64,000 nucleotides of DNA from an uncultured Candidatus Kuenenia sp. Its GTDB lineage: Bacteria; Planctomycetota; Planctomycetia; Pirellulales; UBA1268. Shown in pieces: positions 60,857-64,000 of this stretch (position 1 is its first letter; each line of letters begins with the position of its first letter). Position numbers and translations under genes: made by a program. Below the pieces are notes generated by a model. The model saw only the letters and a list, made by a program, of their open reading frames with translations, was not told the DNA's origin and did not search any database. The stretch lies in the NCBI GenBank assembly GCA_964545915.1, contig CAZJHQ010000003.1:25582-89581 (forward strand). Direction: 5' to 3'.

Positions 60857-63213
60857 TCGCGTTTCCTCCCGGGGCCCTGCCCCTCGCCATCGCTGGCGTG
60901 GCCGCGGCCGCCGCGCCGATCATCATCCACCTCTTCAACAGGTCACGGTTTCGTGAGATCGACTGGGGGGCGATGGATTTCCTCTTGGAGGCGGTGAAGC
61001 GGAGCCGCTCGCTCCTGCGGTTTCGCGACCTCTTGCTGCTCGTGCTGCGAACGGCCGCCGTGGTTCTCTTCGGCCTCGCGGTGGCGCGGCCGTTCCTGCG
61101 TCTCGGCGCGGCCGCGACCGCCGGACGCGGCCCGCTCCACGCGATCCTCGTCGTCGACAACAGCATGAGCATGGGCCGCGAGCGGCTCGGCGGCCGCACG
61201 CTGCTCGACGATGCGAAGGACCGCGCCAAGGACGCCCTCGAGCAGCTGCCCCCCGGCAGCCGGGCGACCGTCGTCCCGCTCTGCGGGCCGGCCGGCAGCT
61301 ACAGCCTCGACCCGCTCCGCACGCAGGAAGACGCCGTCGAGGCGATCGACGCGATCCGCGTGATCGACAGGGCCGGCACCGTCGCGCAGGCGGTCGATCT
61401 CGCGACGCAGGCCGCCGAGCGGGTGGTGGACCTCGCCGACAAGCGGATCGTGTTCATCGGCGACCAGCAGGTTGCCGCGTGGCCGGCGGATCCGAAGCCG
61501 CTCCTCGCCGGAAGCGCAGGCCCCGGCGACGGGCTGCCGCTCGACATGCAGGCTGTCGCCGTCGCCGTGCCCGAGCCCGACAACACCTGGGTCGAGTCGT
61601 TCGCGGTGGCCGATGGCGTGGCCGACGTCGACCTTCCCGCCACGCTCACGGCCGTGGTCCGCCACGAGGGCCGCGAGCCGCGGCGGCACGTGCAGGTGTC
61701 GCTCGTGATCGACGACGCCGAAGTGGCGACGGAGACGATCGATCTCGAACCGGGCCAGGCCCGTGAGGTGAGCTTCGCGCACCTCTTCGACGCCGCTCCC
61801 GAGCCGGACCGGCCCGCCTGGTCCACCGCGATGGTCGTGCTGCCGGAAGACGCGGTTCCGCAGGATGACCGCCGCTGTATCGTCGTGCCCGTGGTGTCGT
61901 CGCTGCCGGTCGTGTTCGTCGATCAATACGGGGCCGGCGACGAGGATCCGCGCCGGGGCCGCCTGGGCGAGACGCTCAGCGTGCGGCGGCTGCTGGCGCC
62001 GGTGACGACCCGCGACACGACGCAGAAACATCTCGTGCGGGTGCGGCACGTCTCCGGCGAAAAGCTCGACGAGGAGACGCTTCAAGGCGTGGGCCTGGCG
62101 GTCGTTGCGGGCGTCCGCGGTCCCGGCGCGACCGTGCCGCTGCTGCGGTCGTTCGTCGACCGCGGCGGGCAGCTCGTCATCGCTGCCGGCGGCGACTTCG
62201 ATCCCGCCGTGTGGACCGCCGCCGCCTGGCTCGACGGAGACGGCATCCTCCCCGCGCCGCTCGGCGGCACGTCCGGCCGTCTGCCCGACGAGACCGGCCG
62301 GCTCGAGCCGCGGCGGCTGTCGTGGAACAGCATGCGGGATGAGCCGCTCTTTCGCGTGCCCGACGTGCCGGCGGACGAACTCGCCGATCTCTACGGCGGT
62401 CCGCTCTTTTTCAAGACGGTCGTCACCGACATGGCCGCCGCCGGAGCCGACACGGTCGACGATCCCGCTTTCCGGCCGCGGGTGCTCGCCGCGTTCGACG
62501 ACGGCACGCCGTTTCTCGTCACCCGCCGCATCGGCAAGGGGAGCGTCGCGTGGCTGGCCAGCGGACTCACCGGCTCGTGGAACACGCTCGCCAAGACCAA
62601 CGCGATGCTCCTCTGCGACCGGCTGCTCAGGGGCATGCTCGCCGAAACGCTGCCGGCCCACACGATCCCCACGGCCGACCGCTTCACGCTTCCCATCGCC
62701 GCGGGCGACCGCCGCGCCACGCTCACGCTCATGCGGCCCGACGAAAACGGCTCGCCCGCGGGCCCCGTCGAATCGCTCACCGTCGAGGCCGTCGGCGGCG
62801 ATGCCTACGCCGCCACGCTTCGCGACCTCTCCGGCCGCGGCATCTACATGGTGACCGCGACCAAGGTCAACGAGGCGGCGACCCGTGACGACCCCGCCGC
62901 GGTGCGGGCCGAGGAACCCGGCTCCGCCGCCGCAGCGGGCCGAAGACCGGCCGAGGAACTGCTCTGGCGGCGGCCGCTGGCGGTGAATGGCCCGGCTCGC
63001 GAGTCGGAGCCCGCGGTCTTCGACGCCGAATCATTCGCGGCCCGGCATGCGGGCATCGACGGCCTGCGGTGGACCGGCCCGGACGACGCGATCGAGTTCA
63101 CCGGTGCCCGGGTCGTCGGCCACGACGCCTGGTGGTGGATGCTCGCGGCCTGCGGCCTGTGCCTTGTCGGGGAGTCGCTCCTGCTCGCCAAGCCGCGGGA
63201 GGACCGGCCATGA
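60853..63213 (+). CDS. BatA-domain (aerotolerance regulator N-terminal) membrane protein with vWA-like region
   Basis: ATGA overlap. LPLAIAGVAAAAAPIIIHLFNRSR is the characteristic N-terminus. ILVVDNSMSM is MIDAS-like. Confidence 0.8.
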   Translation: MIAFPPGALPLAIAGVAAAAAPIIIHLFNRSRFREIDWGAMDFLLEAVKRSRSLLRFRDLLLLVLRTAAVVLFGLAVARPFLRLGAAATAGRGPLHAILVVDNSMSMGRERLGGRTLLDDAKDRAKDALEQLPPGSRATVVPLCGPAGSYSLDPLRTQEDAVEAIDAIRVIDRAGTVAQAVDLATQAAERVVDLADKRIVFIGDQQVAAWPADPKPLLAGSAGPGDGLPLDMQAVAVAVPEPDNTWVESFAVADGVADVDLPATLTAVVRHEGREPRRHVQVSLVIDDAEVATETIDLEPGQAREVSFAHLFDAAPEPDRPAWSTAMVVLPEDAVPQDDRRCIVVPVVSSLPVVFVDQYGAGDEDPRRGRLGETLSVRRLLAPVTTRDTTQKHLVRVRHVSGEKLDEETLQGVGLAVVAGVRGPGATVPLLRSFVDRGGQLVIAAGGDFDPAVWTAAAWLDGDGILPAPLGGTSGRLPDETGRLEPRRLSWNSMRDEPLFRVPDVPADELADLYGGPLFFKTVVTDMAAAGADTVDDPAFRPRVLAAFDDGTPFLVTRRIGKGSVAWLASGLTGSWNTLAKTNAMLLCDRLLRGMLAETLPAHTIPTADRFTLPIAAGDRRATLTLMRPDENGSPAGPVESLTVEAVGGDAYAATLRDLSGRGIYMVTATKVNEAATRDDPAAVRAEEPGSAAAAGRRPAEELLWRRPLAVNGPARESEPAVFDAESFAARHAGIDGLRWTGPDDAIEFTGARVVGHDAWWWMLAACGLCLVGESLLLAKPREDRP

Positions 63214-64000
63214 CCGCTCCCTTTTCCGGCACCCTCGCCCGATGGCTGGGCGGCCTGTTCGGCGTCGAGAGCCTGGAGCGGGTCGATGCGTGGAAGGTGT
63301 CGCTGGCGGCGCCGTGGGCGATCCGGTTTCCGATTCTGGTGGCGGTGCTCGTCGCGGTCGCCGCGGCGGCGGGCGCGTGGTTCTATCTCCGCTGGCAGCC
63401 GGCCATGCATCGCCGGACGCGGTCGTTGCTCGCGGTCGTGCGGGGGGCGGCGGGGGCCGTGCTCGTGCTCTTGCTCGCGGATCCGGTGCTCCAGCTCTCG
63501 GTGCGCAATTCGCCGCGGCCGCTGCTCTGGCTGCTCTTCGACGGCAGCGAGAGCATGGCGATCGAGGATCAGGCCGATGGAAAAAAGACGTCGCGCAGGG
63601 ACCTCGTCGCCGAGTGGTTGAAGCAGAAGACCGACAACGTGGTCGACGCGTTGGGGGAGAAGTTTCGGCTGCGGGCGTTCTCCATCGACGCCGCCGACGG
63701 CGTGCGGCCGATCGAAGCGGCGGACGACGACGCCCCCGACGTGATCGACGGCGAGAAGCTCGCGGAAGGCCTGTCGACGGCCGGGCAGGTGACGGCGATC
63801 GGACGGGCGCTCGAGGATCTCTCGCTGCGACACTCGGCCGCGAACCTGCAGGGGGTCGTGCTCGTGAGCGACTTCGACCAGAACGCCGGCCCGCCCGCGA
63901 CGGCGGCGGCCCGGAGGCTCGGCGTGCCGTTCTACTGCGTGGGTGTCGGCCCCAAGCTCGCGGCCAACGTGGCGATCGACGTGCAGCCCCCGCCGGTGAT
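63210..64000 (+). CDS. membrane protein with vWA-like domain, 3' partial (runs off the window)
   Basis: ATGA overlap at 63210-63213. My hand translation (MTAPFSGTLARWLGG...WLLFDGSESMAIED...) stays open to base 64000. Not in the supplied ORF track, presumably because it has no stop. Confidence 0.6.
   Translation, partial: MTAPFSGTLARWLGGLFGVESLERVDAWKVSLAAPWAIRFPILVAVLVAVAAAAGAWFYLRWQPAMHRRTRSLLAVVRGAAGAVLVLLLADPVLQLSVRNSPRPLLWLLFDGSESMAIEDQADGKKTSRRDLVAEWLKQKTDNVVDALGEKFRLRAFSIDAADGVRPIEAADDDAPDVIDGEKLAEGLSTAGQVTAIGRALEDLSLRHSAANLQGVVLVSDFDQNAGPPATAAARRLGVPFYCVGVGPKLAANVAIDVQPPPV

Noticed and set aside
1-64000. tRNA, rRNA, tmRNA genes or prophage modules
   Set aside because: Reading of the intergenic regions showed no T-arm/acceptor-like patterns (GGTTCGAATCC type), no rRNA-like conserved blocks, and no capsid, terminase or integrase ORFs. 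Absence is by eye only; tRNAscan/Infernal would settle it.

Overview
This is 64 kb of very GC-rich bacterial chromosome. The gene content points to a Planctomycetota-like organism (inference): three paralogous PVC-type dehydrogenase/HEAT/cytochrome-c proteins, DUF1501 fragments, BatA/vWA genes, several ECF sigma modules and system II cytochrome c biogenesis. Layout: (1) Bases 1-4100 are a scrambled mosaic. It holds Rhs/YD-repeat fragments, one intact and two 5'-truncated copies of a RayT/IS200-like HUH-Y1 transposase, an XRE gene and a VapBC pair. Nearly every junction carries the same 19-nt motif. (2) Bases 4200-31500 are mostly intact envelope and housekeeping genes. They include ccsA-resB, an HTH membrane protein, and a MotA/ExbB-like gene translationally coupled to two very large ExbD/TolR-like proteins. 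They also include a coiled-coil repeat protein, gcvP behind a tandem glycine riboswitch, and an SGNH-like gene coupled to a PVC heme protein. The block ends with an NPCBM-like protein, an ECF sigma and a 1360-aa PQQ-propeller anti-sigma-like protein. (3) Bases 31500-59600 are an accessory, rearranged stretch littered with termini and fragments of two related IS91-family (HUH-Y2, rolling-circle) elements. These lie next to a Fic gene, an AAA ATPase, another ECF module and truncated antiporter, DUF1501, signal-peptidase and trpS genes. The stretch also holds a sugar-oxidation cluster and a lower-GC secreted-protein gene. (4) Bases 59600-64000 carry a prenyltransferase-like + BatA + vWA operon that runs off the window. 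I recognised no rRNA, tRNA or CRISPR array. Most long ORFs in the track that lie antisense to the genes below are GC-driven shadow ORFs. All family assignments come from motif recognition by eye; no searches were run.
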